A stretch of DNA of 64,000 nt from Basidiobolus meristosporus CBS 931.73 (taxonomy: Eukaryota > Fungi > Basidiobolomycota): positions 62,001 through 126,000 of the forward strand of contig MCFE01000096.1 of NCBI GenBank assembly GCA_002104905.1, written 5' to 3'. Below, piece by piece: positions 25,085-38,305 of the stretch. How positions within the stretch are numbered: position 1 is the first letter of the stretch; every line of letters begins with the position of its first letter. Below the pieces are notes generated by a model. The model was not told the DNA's origin. It ran no database searches and saw only the letters and a program-made list of their open reading frames with translations. The translations under genes were made by a program, and so were the position numbers.

Positions 25085-26890
25085 GTACTCTTGGTAGGAA
25101 TGGCTTCTGAATCTGTTGCTACCGCTGTATACATCAAGAACAGATGCCCAACAACAGCACTACGTGATTCTACACCCTTTGAAGCATATACAGGCAAAAT
25201 ACCAGATCTCCAGCACCTCAGGATCTTTGGCAGTGATGTTTTTTATCACATCCCTGATAAAAAACGCTCAAAGTTGGAACCAAAGAGTAGGAAAGGGATC
25301 TTTCTTGGGTATTGTGAAGATACTAAAGGGTATAGAGTGTATGATGGCAATATCCAGAAGCTGATCAAGAGCAGGGACATTGTATTTGAGGAGAATTCAG
25401 ATTAGAAAGCCACAGAAATCATTGGCCAGGTGCCTGATGACACATATCTAGAGGAAACTGGGTTCTCTGGTAGCACTGCAGATCACAGTGTATATGTGAA
25501 GCAGCTCAAAAAAGGTGTGATCATCATAGTTCTTTATGTGGACAACCTAATTATAGCTACAAGTGACCAAGAGGCACTTAAACAGACGAAATCAGATCTC
25601 TACAGCAAGTTTGAGATGAAAGATCTTGGAAAATTGAGCTATATTCTTGGAATTGAGGTCAAATTTGACATACCTACACAGAAAATTGTGCTGAATCCGT
25701 CTAAGTACATCAGGGACATTCTTAGATGCTTCAAAATGGAAAATTGCAAACCTGCAGCAACCCCTATGGACAATAATCTGAAATTATGCAAATCTCAGCC
25801 AGTTATAGATGAAAACGGCCCAAATACGGACCAAAACTTTCCCTACCATTCAATGGTTGGTAGCCTAATGTACTTGATGGTGTCTACACATCCAGATATT
25901 GCAGTAGCAGTTGGAACAGTCAGTCAATTCATGCCAAATTATGGATCAGATCAAATTGCAGCAGTTAAGCATATTTTCAGATATCTACAAGGTACCATAA
26001 ATATGGTACTGGAATACTTGGGAGCAGCTAATAGGCAAAAATATGATGGTTATAGTGATTCAGATTGGGGTAGGGATCTGATTGACAGATGCTCTACCAC
26101 AGGCTATGTATTTCTTTATGCTGGTGCAGCTATTACTTGGAATCGCAAGAAACAACCAACTGTGGCACTATCTACAACTCAAGCCAAATATATGGCTGAA
26201 TGTCAAGCAACCAAGGAGGCTATATGGCTACAAAAATTATTCAAAGACTTATGTTTTAATTCAGCTGAACCAACATGTATTTACAAGGATAATCAAAGTT
26301 GTATTTCATTAGCCAGAAATCCTACAAATCATGCCTGAACTAAGCACATTGATATACAGCATCACTTTGTGAGGGAAGCTGTAGAAAATAACTTAGTGGA
26401 GTTAGTTTACTGCCCAACTGACAAAATGGTGGCAGACATATTGACAAAACCACTAGCTAGGCCACAGTTTGAGATCCTGAGAGAGAAATTGGGATTAAGA
26501 AATTATTTAGTTGAGGGGGAGTGTCAAAATATTGGACTATTTGGTATCATTCAGCAGCTAAAAATTTACTTAACAATTCTAGACTAGTCTTAGTCACTGT
26601 GGGACTCATTTACTGCCTTAACTTTGCCACTTTCTCCAGGTATATGATCTTATGATTATTCCCCTATAGTCAGGATCAAATTAGCACTATTACCAAACAT
26701 TATGTACTAACCCTGAAAGTGTTACAGAATGCTCCTGAATATTGAGAAACCCTCCCTACTTAGTGGTACAGCTGCAATACTTCTACAAAGGTAAAAATAC
26801 TGAGCTTCTTTATGAATAAACAACAGTTCAACTATTATCACTATTTCTTGATAAGTTCCGTGTATCCAAATTACTTCTTAAATTGCAACA
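25085..26890 (+). mobile_element. Copia family 2 element: integrase tail, internally deleted RT-RNase H, PPT and 3' LTR (26522-26890)
   Basis: HLRIFGS...RKGIFLGY, LYVDNL, DIAVAVG, KQPTVALSTT. PPT GAGGGGGAG directly precedes TGTC. Confidence 0.88.
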
Positions 26891-27224
26891 GTACCAGTGG
26901 ACCAAGATTGTGCCATGCATTTTTGTGACATGTTACAAGCCACATGAGCTAAATTCAGAGTGCCATGGGTATTGTGTACCAGATGAATATCTTCAGTCCT
27001 TCTGTGCTCTTACACATTCTGCACAACATCGATCTAAAAAAAAAAGGTCAAAAAATGGATTTTCACCAGCACAATGGGTGAAACACAGGAGCTGCTTTAC
27101 ATGAAGATGTAGAGCTATGTTTCACACTCTGTGGACAGGTATGGGCTCACTTGGCCTCCCTTGCACACTATAGCATCATATGGCACTCATGGCTCAATGT
27201 GGCACTATCCAATGGAACAAGTCT
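26891..27224. mobile_element. MITE right arm, cut on the left by the Copia LTR
   Basis: Matches 7459-7793 and ends GAACAAGTCT followed by AGT. Confidence 0.88.
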
Positions 27225-28612
27225 AGTGGTGTATTGGCATCAACCTGGTCTTATATGAAATATGTATGAAAACTAATGTGATTGTGGAATTTTCTATACA
27301 TTATGCATGATGCATCTTGGATTGCATTGACATGGATCATATCACATCAATTGCAGATTTCCTATTTGATTATGGACTTGTGAGTGAAACATCAATAAAA
27401 ATACCCAGTCATTGTTTGAGGATGATTCTTGCAACATCATGATGGGATACATGGCAATTCATGGAGATTTAATCATAATGCATGGAAAATCAGATAAATA
27501 AGACTGATTGGGCCAAATTGAATCAATTCATCCCAGCTCAATCCTCCTATTTTAATATGACTTACTCATCTGAATGGCCTTTTCTCATCAATCCCATCAC
27601 TACTACTGGATTTCCTTTTGACACACTAGAGGAGATCTATACCAAGTACTGTGGTCCTTCTACCCCAATCTACTCAAGGAGATCCCTTTTTAAGCTTCTC
27701 TGCTATTACAATAACTATTCCCCTACAAGGTCTCATCCCACCATCCATGGCAACAAAAGTCCTAGAAGCTTTCATTCTCAGCTGACAGCAATGGAGAACC
27801 ACCTTGCAGAGGGTATGAGTGACTTAGAGCAAGCTTGGAGTACTAGGCTTAGAAGCTCCAATAGACTTCCATATCACAGAGTGTTCAGCAGCAGGTTCTT
27901 TGTAAGGAGTATTTTGGATACCTTCCCAGTCAGGATTAACAGACCTCCTAGAGGGCAGAGGCACTGTTATTCTGGCAAGTACAAAGCACACTGTGTGAAG
28001 TTTCAAGCACTGTCTGACATTGAGGGTAACATCATCTGGTTTAGTGGGCCATTTGCTGGAAGTAGGCATGACAAAGCACTCTGGGTAGAGAATCATCCAG
28101 AATTCAGTAGAGGGGAGAAATGTATGGCAGACTTAGCTTATATAGGAGAGGATTGTCAGAGATTAGGATGTATTACAGCTTATAGGAAGCCAAGGAATGG
28201 TGTGCTCAGCAGGAAGCAGAAGCTCTACAATGAGATATACAATCTTTTCAGAGTGAGGGTAGAGCATACATTTGGATATCTGAAGATATTCAGCATATTG
28301 GCAGGTAAATACAGAGGAAAGTCATATATAGGAGAAAACAGCAGAATAGGTAAAATAGTTAAGTTACTTATCAATGCACAGTATATTCATACAAGAAGAC
28401 ATGCACTGAGAAATGTGTCTGGAGCATTATGAAGAGTAAATAAAGCAAGGAAAGCACTACTCTGAGCAACATAAGTAAAATTGAGTAAAATTACCAGTAA
28501 CTATAACCTACCACTGGCATGATGGTAGAAACTATAGTGCCAGATAGTGCCAGATCAATCCAGCACCATATACAGGCTGGCACTTTGTGACACTATCCAA
28601 CAGAACAAGTCT
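27225..28612 (+). mobile_element. PHIS transposon copy 3: upstream region, transposase and terminal repeat
   Basis: 27225-27480 matches 1046-1320. The element ends CAACAGAACAAGTCT followed by ATT. Confidence 0.88.
27482..28432 (+). CDS. DDE_Tnp_4 transposase, uninterrupted 316-aa ORF
   Basis: ILDTFP, GSRHD, ADLAY, RVRVEH. Only the extreme C-terminus differs from copy 1. Confidence 0.8.
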   Translation: MENQINKTDWAKLNQFIPAQSSYFNMTYSSEWPFLINPITTTGFPFDTLEEIYTKYCGPSTPIYSRRSLFKLLCYYNNYSPTRSHPTIHGNKSPRSFHSQLTAMENHLAEGMSDLEQAWSTRLRSSNRLPYHRVFSSRFFVRSILDTFPVRINRPPRGQRHCYSGKYKAHCVKFQALSDIEGNIIWFSGPFAGSRHDKALWVENHPEFSRGEKCMADLAYIGEDCQRLGCITAYRKPRNGVLSRKQKLYNEIYNLFRVRVEHTFGYLKIFSILAGKYRGKSYIGENSRIGKIVKLLINAQYIHTRRHALRNVSGAL

Positions 28613-29139
28613 ATTGCATTATCATCTTATCTACCAAGCCTTCCCAACTGATTAGTCATTTGAGGTCTATCCAACCACTTAGCAGTCAGCAAGAAATCAG
28701 CTAATTGATGATGTCATTATCATTTATCTGAAGCATCTGCCAACACCCAAACTGATTTGAATTAAATGAATCTCTTGATTCTTGCTAATTCACTTTGATC
28801 TGAGAAGTGTTAAAGAAGCTTATTGCCCCTTTGGTTTAGAGTGTATCTTGAAAAAACAGGTAAGGTTCTGTCTCAGCACAAATAAGTGCTTAGCAATCCC
28901 ATTCCAGTTTCTACCCAAGCCTAGCATATCTAGCACTCCCACAAAGACCAAGCATAGCCTGCATAGCAACCTAACTCTGTAGCCTTTATATCCAATCCAG
29001 CTATATACAGCACCAATGTCAGACCAGAATCTCATTGCTAAAATTTCTACCACCCTGACAATTCTAAAATTCTGTGCTTAGTTGTCTCTTTGGTTTGTTA
29101 AACATTCAGAGTTTTTTTACACTTTTCTCCTAGATATAA

Positions 29140-29480
29140 CAATAGGTGTCTCCAAGTGCACATCTGTCCTCAGTATTTTCCAATTCTTCATGGCTGTCCT
29201 CTGCATGCTAGCTCATCACTTCCATGACTGATGTGAATGTGAAATTCTTGATGAGATTAGCATATGGAAATACTTGTGGCTGGACTTGTCTTCCTATCTC
29301 CCCACACATCAACTTGATATGAAACTCCCAAAAGGTGAAGCAAGGCCTAATAATCTCAACACATCAAGTAATGTGAAGAGGATAATGGATGCAGTAGTGA
29401 CAGAAATCTGCCTACTCAGATTTATGCTTGTAGTATTGCCATTCAAATCCCATCACAAACTCCTTGCATAAAGGCTGTAA
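29140..29480 (-). mobile_element. CACTA transposase fragment
   Basis: Reverse complement of ~44570-44890. Confidence 0.65.
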
Positions 29481-29489
29481 AATTGCTTG

Positions 29490-31700
29490 GGTGAACTTTG
29501 TATTGATATTATAGAAACTGGTTGGTAACAAGGGGGAATCTGGCATACACTGGTAAAGTTATCCTAATAAAAATTAGATGCTTGTAGTATCCAGCCCAAC
29601 CTTGCATAACCTAACCAATTACCCACACATTGGGGTTGCTTAGCTTCTTAATGCAAAGGGCATAAGTGTCTTCATGTTAACATCTGTCCTAAGTATTTTC
29701 TAACTCTTCCTGGCTTTCCTCCATGTGCCAGTTTGGCATATCCATAATAAACTTAAAGGTAATATTCATGATGAAATTAGTATACAGTAGTACTTGCAAC
29801 TTGGCTTGTCTTTGAATTTTCCTGCACATCCACTGCATAGTAAGCTCCTAACAGAACAAGCAAGGTTCAGTATCCTCCACACACTGAGCAAGATGGAGTA
29901 AAGAATTAATACAGTGGCTACAGAGATTATGAGTTCAGCTTTATACTTGTAGTTTAGCTACTCAAATCCTGTCTTAAACTTCTTGAATAAATGCTGTAGA
30001 TGTGCAGCATCGGCATTGGCAATCTGCTTCTAGATGAATATTCCTATAATGTCTGCATATGATTCTCAATGCTTCCGGTGTACACTTGATAGAAATGGCT
30101 TCAGAAGGCCACTTGAATAAGTATGTAATCAATTCATCCAGTCCTTACACTTGTATAGTTGAATATGCATATGAGCACTGAGCAGAGCTTATAAGCAAAG
30201 CTCTAGGTAGCAGATACTCTGCAATGTCTTGCCATTTCTTTCAAATTTTGCTGGTATAGCAAAGGGCAGATTTAGCCTGAAATGCCCCTTCTATAACTTG
30301 CTCATAGGTATAGTTATATTGCTGAAAAGCAAATATCTTACTCAAAATGGAAAGCTTTTGCTCCAACAGATACTCTGTATCTTTGTTATCTCTGGTTTTC
30401 AATTGACTGCATATTCTGGCCAATAGTGTATGGGTGGCCAACTTTGCTACAATTGCATATAGACTTTTGTATGTTCTCAGTGTGGGATAATGATGCTTTT
30501 AATGATGGCATGTGAGCAGTAATAATGTCTGGGAGTTATGGAGTAAATCCCCTGGATCTCTCAAATTTGCCTGCAATACCATCCATTGTGCCCAGAGAGG
30601 CCTGCTATCTTGCTGATGGCTATGAGATCATCAATGCAGATATTAATATGGGCTCTGATATTATGGCCATTTACTAGTTTCCCTCTGGATGGCATACAAA
30701 ACTATCCACAGTGTGAATGATATTCTCCGGCTGTAGCAATGGAATCCTAACAAGCTGGACTCCTTGCAATGGGGCATTTTGTGATGCAAATGCTAAGCAG
30801 CTGCCAGCATATACTGGTACTAAGGAAGGTCTCTGAGTCATATGTTGCCAGCATAATGTCAGCTGTTCATTTGTGCCATATACATTGTAAGTTACATCCC
30901 AAAGTGCTTTTGGCAAGAAGTAGCAGTGTGTCCTCAAAGCCACCATTATGAATATTGGTGGAAACATGCCACTTCTCCAGCCACAACATCACATTATTTG
31001 CCAGTAGATGGATTAATGAGCTGCATAGAGTATCCTTCACATTTTATTCCATGGGAGTTGTCACATTGCATATTGAACTATTGCCAGGCTCATGCAGGTT
31101 ACTGATGTTGGGGGTTTAGGCTCACAATCCATCAATGAGCCTTCTTGTTTGGATCTACCACTCTGCAGGTCATATTCAGAAGGGCAAGGTGAGTCACAAA
31201 GTATCACAAGCTCACCTGACTCAGTTTGTGCAAGGTGAAATGTAAAGCTAGGTGCCATCATAGATGTATCAGGTGGCAACCAAAAAATTGTTAGTAAAGT
31301 TGTGCCTGATGATTACTCAAGTATAACATATATAGCAATATGGCAGTTGTGATCCCTATAATATCTCCTATGCTGAGTACATGCCTCATGGCTACAAGGC
31401 TTGCTTCAGTAGCCTCATGGTCCTTCTCCTGTCATGACTTGTGGGGCTATACACTAGCTGTAATCCTTGTAATACTTTCTATGCCGTCTGCATGCTTTAT
31501 GGCTGCAGGGCTTGTGTCAGTAGCCTCATGTTCTTTCTCCTGTTGTCTTGTAGTGCTGTATCAAAGTATTCTTGTCCATGGGGCAAACAGCTTAACACTC
31601 TACTGCTTAATATTATTATATCACTTTTTTGTCAGTACTGATGTAAATTTGAGACAGTTTTATATTTAGGACAGTGCACACACATGAATGTACTCTACAA
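29490..31700 (-). mobile_element. CACTA/CMC element copy B, decayed and truncated
   Basis: Reverse-complement similarity to 52260-54720, with internal gaps. Confidence 0.75.
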
Positions 31701-31964
31701 AGAGTAATTGTGAGGATTCTGTCAAAAGGCTATCACAAAGCTTTAATCCTGCAATTAAGCGGAATTAATGTTGCAAGTACACCTCACAAAGTCTATAAAA
31801 AAACTGTAACCCTTATTTGCAAAAACTTGGTCAAACTATCTTGTGAGAACACTACCTGAGTGGCTTTTTACTAGTTTTCTGCCTCCATATTGACTTCCTG
31901 ATCCTGGACACTCAATTACCTCCTATGTTTATGTACATTAGGCTTGCTTTGCATGTTAAGACTA

Positions 31965-32115
31965 CAATAGTGCCATGCATTTTTGCAACATTTTACAAAA
32001 CTCTGCAGCTAGATTCAGTGTACCACAAATATTAATTACAAAATGCAGGTCTCCAGACTTTTGGTGCTCCAAAACACAGATTGCAAAAAGTTAAAAAAGT
32101 ATTCTCATATAAAAG
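31965..32115. mobile_element. MITE arm fragment
   Basis: TAGTGCCATGCATTTTTG...GCTAGATTCAG matches 7471-7530. Confidence 0.55.
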
Positions 32116-32277
32116 TAGATAAAAGAAGAAGTGTGACAAAGGGGGCTGGTTATTGATTGAGTTGCTATCATTAAGTAAGAGATAGAAAATGTAATGTGCA
32201 TATAATATATATGATAAAACAAAGACATGAAATGTTACTGCGTAAAATACAATTGAATCTGGGGAAACCCAGAGCGG

Positions 32278-33343
32278 TGTAGTGGGGTCACAGTGACACC
32301 CACTGACAGATGTGCTCATTTGTATATTTTCTACTTCCCTATTTCTCTACTACCCTTATTTAGTTTTATCCCATTTGTCTTACTTAATCAGTAGTATCCC
32401 ATAAGCTGGCTGACTATCACAGCTGCTTACCTTATTGCATAAGTTATCCTCACTTTATGAAAATTACTAGCTATACATACTCCTATATTAGGCAAGCACC
32501 TGTGCCAGTACACAAGACACATGACCAATTTGTGTCACCATACCTACCATTTTTGTACCATATATGGTGTCCCTATGTTACACACGTTTCATATTGCTGA
32601 TTCCTGATTGGTTGGATGTGCTGCGCCTCTTGGAACCTTTTTGCACATACTTAAAACATTCTTAGGTCATTCTGATGTCATTCAGGTTTCTATTGATATC
32701 TAGCACCTTCTGGAACACCATGATTAGTAATCACTTAGTTGGTAAGAAATGTATATAAGGGAGGCAGTCCCTCAACAATAAATCATCATCCCTTTTATCA
32801 ACATACCAACTTGTTGATTAGTATGATCACTGCTACCTGCTACTACCTGAACTCTAACCCCAGACCACAGGACACTCCCAGGAAACTGCGCTGACAGCCC
32901 ACTGACCTTGGAGGCACTACTTGTGATCAATACTCAGAGTAGGTATCTTTAAGATATTTGATTCTTTCCCAAGTTTGTTCTTGTACAGGCAAAGATACTT
33001 TTCTATCTTTGTAACTATTGGCCACAGCTGCATTCTTATAGAGTCCCTGCTGGTGGAGTTTACAGTTGTTTTGACTTTGGAAGCTTTAGTACATTGTCAT
33101 CTCAAAGGATGCTGAATCCAGCACATACTTTGGCTAAGACACCAACTAAGTTGGGGATTGTAACTCAATAGTTTTCTCTTGACAAGCTTGTGGCTTTATT
33201 CCCCTTCACATTATATTAGAGACAAAACCCCAAGTATTCCTAACAAGCTTTTGCCAGATGTTATTGCACCCAGTGAACACCCCACACACAAAGCACTTGA
33301 GAAGTGTGGATGCATCTCTCCCTTGGACCTATACACCACCACA
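32278..33343 (+). repeat. Gypsy-2 5' LTR (1066 bp)
   Basis: TGTAGTGG...CCACCACA; the first ~500 bp are repeated at 47298-47805. Confidence 0.8.
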
Positions 33344-33347
33344 GATT

Positions 33348-33365
33348 TGGCACCCAATGTGGGGG
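33348..33365 (+). promoter_or_regulatory. tRNA-Lys(CUU)-type PBS with both CpGs mutated
   Basis: TGGCACCCAATGTGGGG versus the canonical TGGCGCCCAACGTGGGG. Confidence 0.8.
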
Positions 33366-33373
33366 GTTCATAC

Positions 33374-33720
33374 TGTTGTAAAAATTTGTAATTCCACCTA
33401 AATATTCACCTAACCAAGTCACCAAGATCATTACCTTCAAATCCTAGAGAATACTGACCAAATTTCTTGTTGGGATTTACTTAAAATATTTTCACCAACT
33501 ATCAGGTACCTAGAACATGAAAATTCTTAGAGTCATCCAAACAGTCCCAAACTTGGCACACATATTCATGGAACCTTCCGTAACCTATTGTATATGTTTG
33601 TTATGCAAGACCATGTAAAAGTATAAACATTACTTTTACATTCAATATATCATTAAGCAAAAACCACATAATCTAGTTGTTCTCCCAATTACTTCCAATG
33701 TATCCAAGACTCTTACAACA
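33374..33720 (+). repeat. Copia family 1 solo LTR
   Basis: TGTTGTA...TACAACA; reverse complement of 38306-38654; flanks CATAC/AATAC. Confidence 0.9.
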
Positions 33721-34073
33721 AATACAAGCTCCATAGGACCCAACAAGATTTGCCAGAAGATTTGAGCCATTACCCACTTATTGAAAAGAGACTACCAATA
33801 TTATCAAGATTACAACACCAACCTAGCTACTTGAAGTGAACTCAATACCATTACCACTCTCACATGGAGCCCCACAGTTTGTTGAAAAGAATGTAGAAAG
33901 CTTCATATTTAAGTGAGAGAAGCTCTGCAAGAAGTGCAGCCTATCTGAGCAAAAAATGGCTGAAGAATTCCCCTACTACTGCACCAATAATATTACCATT
34001 AAGCTTCTCAAACAAGGAGACATTCTCACTGGCTGGGCCTCAATGAAGACCTACCTACAAGCTGAGTATGGTA

Positions 34074-34420
34074 TGCTGTAAGAGTCTTGGAGATATTGGA
34101 AGTGATTGGTAGTACAAGTAGATTATGTGGTTTTCACTTAATGATTTATTGAATGTAAAGTAGTATTTATACTTTTACATGGTCTTGGCATTAAAACCAT
34201 GTAGAATAGGTTAAGGAGGGTCCCAAGAACATGTGTGCAAAGTTTGGGGCTGTTTGAACAACTTTGAGAATTTTCTTGTTCTGGGTACCTGGTATTATGG
34301 TGAAAATATTCTAAGTAAATCCCAACAAGGAATTTTGTCAATATTCTCTAGGATTTGAGGGTAATGATCTAGGTGACTAAGTTAGGTGAATATTTAGGTA
34401 GATTACAAATTTTTACAACA
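34074..34420 (-). repeat. Copia family 1 solo LTR inside Gypsy-2 gag
   Basis: Matches 38306-38654; flanks TGGTA/TTGTA. Confidence 0.9.
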
Positions 34421-36089
34421 TTGTAGACCCCAGATATACTATGGAATTGAAGACTTCAGATACTTTGGAAGGACTGGACTTTCCAAGCAACCACTTAAGG
34501 AGTTCATTCAACAGTATGAAGACATGGCCAAGCCACTCCTAGAGTCCCTGGCTATAGCTGAGCTTACCATGACACTTTACCTTGCACAAGGGCTTCCCCA
34601 GGACTTGGCAAGGAAAGTTGACTAACATGCAGCTAAGAATGACAAGTCTGGCATTCCATGCTTTGCAGAGATGAAATGCATTCTCCTAGAGGCAAAGCAG
34701 ACTTCCACCTTTATAAGACTCCTAACATCTAATCTGCCAGACCAGTCAACCAAGGGGCCAAGGAGTGCTGTTGCTGACAATCAGACCTACACTACCAAGA
34801 GCATTGACCAACTTGCTCAACAGCTACAAAAGCTAGCCCTCAAGATTAAAGGCTCAGCTGAGGTAGTTACTGAGGGCCAAAGACTCTTGCCCAGACACTA
34901 CATCTGGTGTGACTCTACTCAGCATGCCAGACAAGAATTCCCAGAGCTTAGTCAGCCACTTAGAAAAGGAGCAGCACAGTTTGATGCTGATGGAATGCTT
35001 GCTGATAAGAAGGAAGAAGGATCCCCACTAATTTTCAAAGAGGAGGGATGGGAGCTCTTTTCCAGAAATCCAACTCAGCAACCAGAAAGATTACTGTTGA
35101 TGCCCTTGTTGGGACTCATACAGTGAATCCAAGCAGTCCTGACAACAGAAAATACACAGTAGATGCCTTTGCTACCAAAAGACACCATCCTGACAAACCT
35201 GTCAAACCCATCCTCAGAAGACCTTGATTTGAAGAATCTGACATTGTCATTGACAAGAGGCCTAGTATGCTGCCCACCCAAGATCCATTACCTCACTTTC
35301 AGATGACCTCAAAGATAGCATGCTACTCAAGCTGTCAACTGATTACTGAGAAGCTGCTGAAACAGAACCTCACTTTGTTGGTTGGAGAAATCCCAAATGT
35401 ATCCCCATCTGTTAGGGAGATATTTGATGAGCAGCTTGGAACAAGACAACAAGCTGTTGAACATATGGACACCCATATAATTCAGACAAGCCATGAAGAC
35501 CACCAAAAGGATGCCAACACTACTAGATATAAGATCTTTTGCTCAGTTGCAACTGCTGTAGTGAAAGGATACATTCATGATGGCCCTGTGACTGCAATAT
35601 TGGCAGTGGTTCAAAGATTTGTGTTATGCCACCAGACTTCTGGAAGGCACCTAGAAGCAAGGAGCTACTGCCTGTTGATAGAGATATTGGATGAAACATG
35701 ACTGATGCAAACTCAGGATCTAGTCCACTCTATGGTATAGTGCATAAGTTCACTATTGAGGTACAAGGAATCAAGGTCTGGCTTCCCCTCTTCATCTGCC
35801 AGAAGGCAAACTTTGACCTTCTGCTAGGTAGACCATGGGAAACCAGTACTAAGGCTACAACTACTAACTATTTTAATGGGTCAGTATGGTACACCATACA
35901 AGGATCCAACCTAGGACTACAGTCAACCTTCTGTGGTGTAACACCCAACAATAAGAGGATGCACACAGCTTGCCAGAAGACACTTATTGCTATGGAGGAA
36001 GAAGAGGGACCTAAAAAGATACACCCAATCATTTGGAGCTGCTCATTAGGCATACAGGAGCAGACAGCCATAGTTCAAATGCCCATTAA

Positions 36090-37801
36090 TATTCCAGAAT
36101 TCCACCAATGGCATTGTGATAGTCTTTTGAGCTCTTGACATTGTAGCCTTGTCTGTCAGTGGGATCTTCACTCTGTCAACAATGGAGGCTGTGGAGGCTG
36201 TGGTAGACAAATTGCCTTTTTCAGCAAACTCATCTACCTTGCTGGAGTGTAGCTTAACTAGCTGTGCTTCCACCTCTTGTGAAAACAGCTGTTTTCTTGT
36301 TGGTAATTCTTCTTGGCTATGATGGGATTCAGTCTGTTCCTGGCTTGCAGCATTAATTGGCAAGAACTGCAGTTTTTTTGTATGCCTCCCTATCTCAGGC
36401 TTGGGTATATATTTTTCCCTTTACCTTTTGCTTTATCACTGCCAGGTCTTTCACTGCTACTTTGTCTGAGTGCTTCTTGTAAAGAACTACGTTTTCTCCT
36501 GGATAAATTCTGCTCTGACACATCTGTTTTGGCCTGCTTGTCCCTTGCTGTCACTCTTCTGGCAACCTGAAGTTTCTTTTCAGCTTGTTTTGAGCTCTCA
36601 ACCGTAGTTGTGACAGGCTCCTGTAAAAGCGGCTGGTTTTTATCACTGCCAGGTCCTTCACTGCTACTTTGACTGGGTGCTTCTTGAGTGGTACTACGCT
36701 TTCTCCTTGATAAATGTTGTGCTGGTGCATCCATGTCTGCCTGCTTGTCCTTAATTGGCACTCTTCCAGCTACCTGACGTCTCTTTGACCCTTGTCTGGA
36801 GCTTTTGGCCCTGCTTGTAATGGGCTCTTGAGGATGCCGCTGGCTTTTAGCCATGGCACCCTTGTTCTTCTGCCTTTGATAGTTACTGTTATTCTTAAGA
36901 TACTTTCTTAGCATACCAATGTTGGCCCAAAATCTGTTTGCCGGTATGAATCCAGGATAATGCTCATGGAACAAGTCAAGAGCATTCTGCTTGGCCTTGA
37001 GTTCCTGATGGTCCTATGGTATGCCAGCCTTAAGGTGATGGCATGCTAGACTTCTGACAGCCTCTTGTATATTGGCCCACTCTTCATTATTGCACTCAAC
37101 AGCTTCACGGATCTTCAATGTCTTTTGATTTTTAGGCTTTGGTATAAACACCACATTGTCTCCCTCCCATGCTGTGATACATTTTTCTGTGGGCTTTATC
37201 TTTGGGCACTGTTGTTGTGCTTCAAAGACTGTTGGTGTTCCTCTGCTGTTACATTGGGCGATGGCTCAATTCTTGGCTGTGACATTGAGCTACTTGAGTT
37301 CCTTCTTTGCAGCAAAGATACTGCTTTCTCTACCTGGGATATTGATTGCTCTACATGTATTATCTGCTCATCCTGTTTCTGGACTACTTTCTGATTTCTC
37401 TGGGCCATTGCATCTATCCTATCAGCCACTGCACCTAATTGCTACATCAATGCTTTGGTATGAGCTGACAACATACTTGCTAATATGGGTGGTGGTGATG
37501 TTATTATGGCCACTTGTTGATCTTCAACTGAGGGTACTGCATTTGCTACATTCTTATCTGCCTGAGCATAATGGTTGGCTTGTGGCTCTGCAGAGGTTCT
37601 CAATTGCCTACTTGACTCAGAGCCTGGGGAGTCCACATTAATACCTTCAATGGGCACACTGTCCACAGGGCCTTTTTTGGATTTAGCCCCACTTGTTGCA
37701 CTGAATGTCAAAGCAATCTGTTGTCCAACTGTTCTACTGTTACCATCAGCAGAGGGGTTTGGTTGAGAACTAGACAACTTTGCTTTATTTTTTGGCAGCA
37801 T
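36090..37801 (-). pseudogene. CACTA accessory ORF divergent from the transposase
   Basis: ORF pieces 37442-37801, 37196-37429, 36390-36974 and 36046-36363 are conserved in copy D. Confidence 0.7.
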
Positions 37802-38305
37802 ATATATGGAAGTGAGTCAAACCAAAGGGGAAATAGTGTTACATATATTTGTGTATGTGGTGCCACAACTTTATTTATAATGCTTACTATGGTGGGTCAT
37901 CATTGAATGTAACATTCATGTAGGTGCAATGTCTCAAATACAAGACTGTCTTAAGTTCACATGAGTATTGACCAAAAAGCGATAAAATAGCGTTATGTTG
38001 TTGAAGGTCAAACTGTTTGCCCCATGGACAAGACTACTTTGACTCAATGCCATAAGAGAAGAGAAAAAGACCATGTGGCTTTTGTGGCAAGCCTCTCAGC
38101 CATGAAGCACACAGACAGCATAGGAAGTATTACAAGGATTATGGCCAGTGTTTTGCTACCCAAGTCATATTTGATCATTCATTGGTCACTACTCTACCAA
38201 GACTATCTTGCCAGCCATTTGATATTTCTATATTGGCACCTGGCCTTCTTTGTCACCTTGTGCAAACTGAGTCAGGTGAGTTTGTGACACCTTTAGGCTC
38301 ACCTC

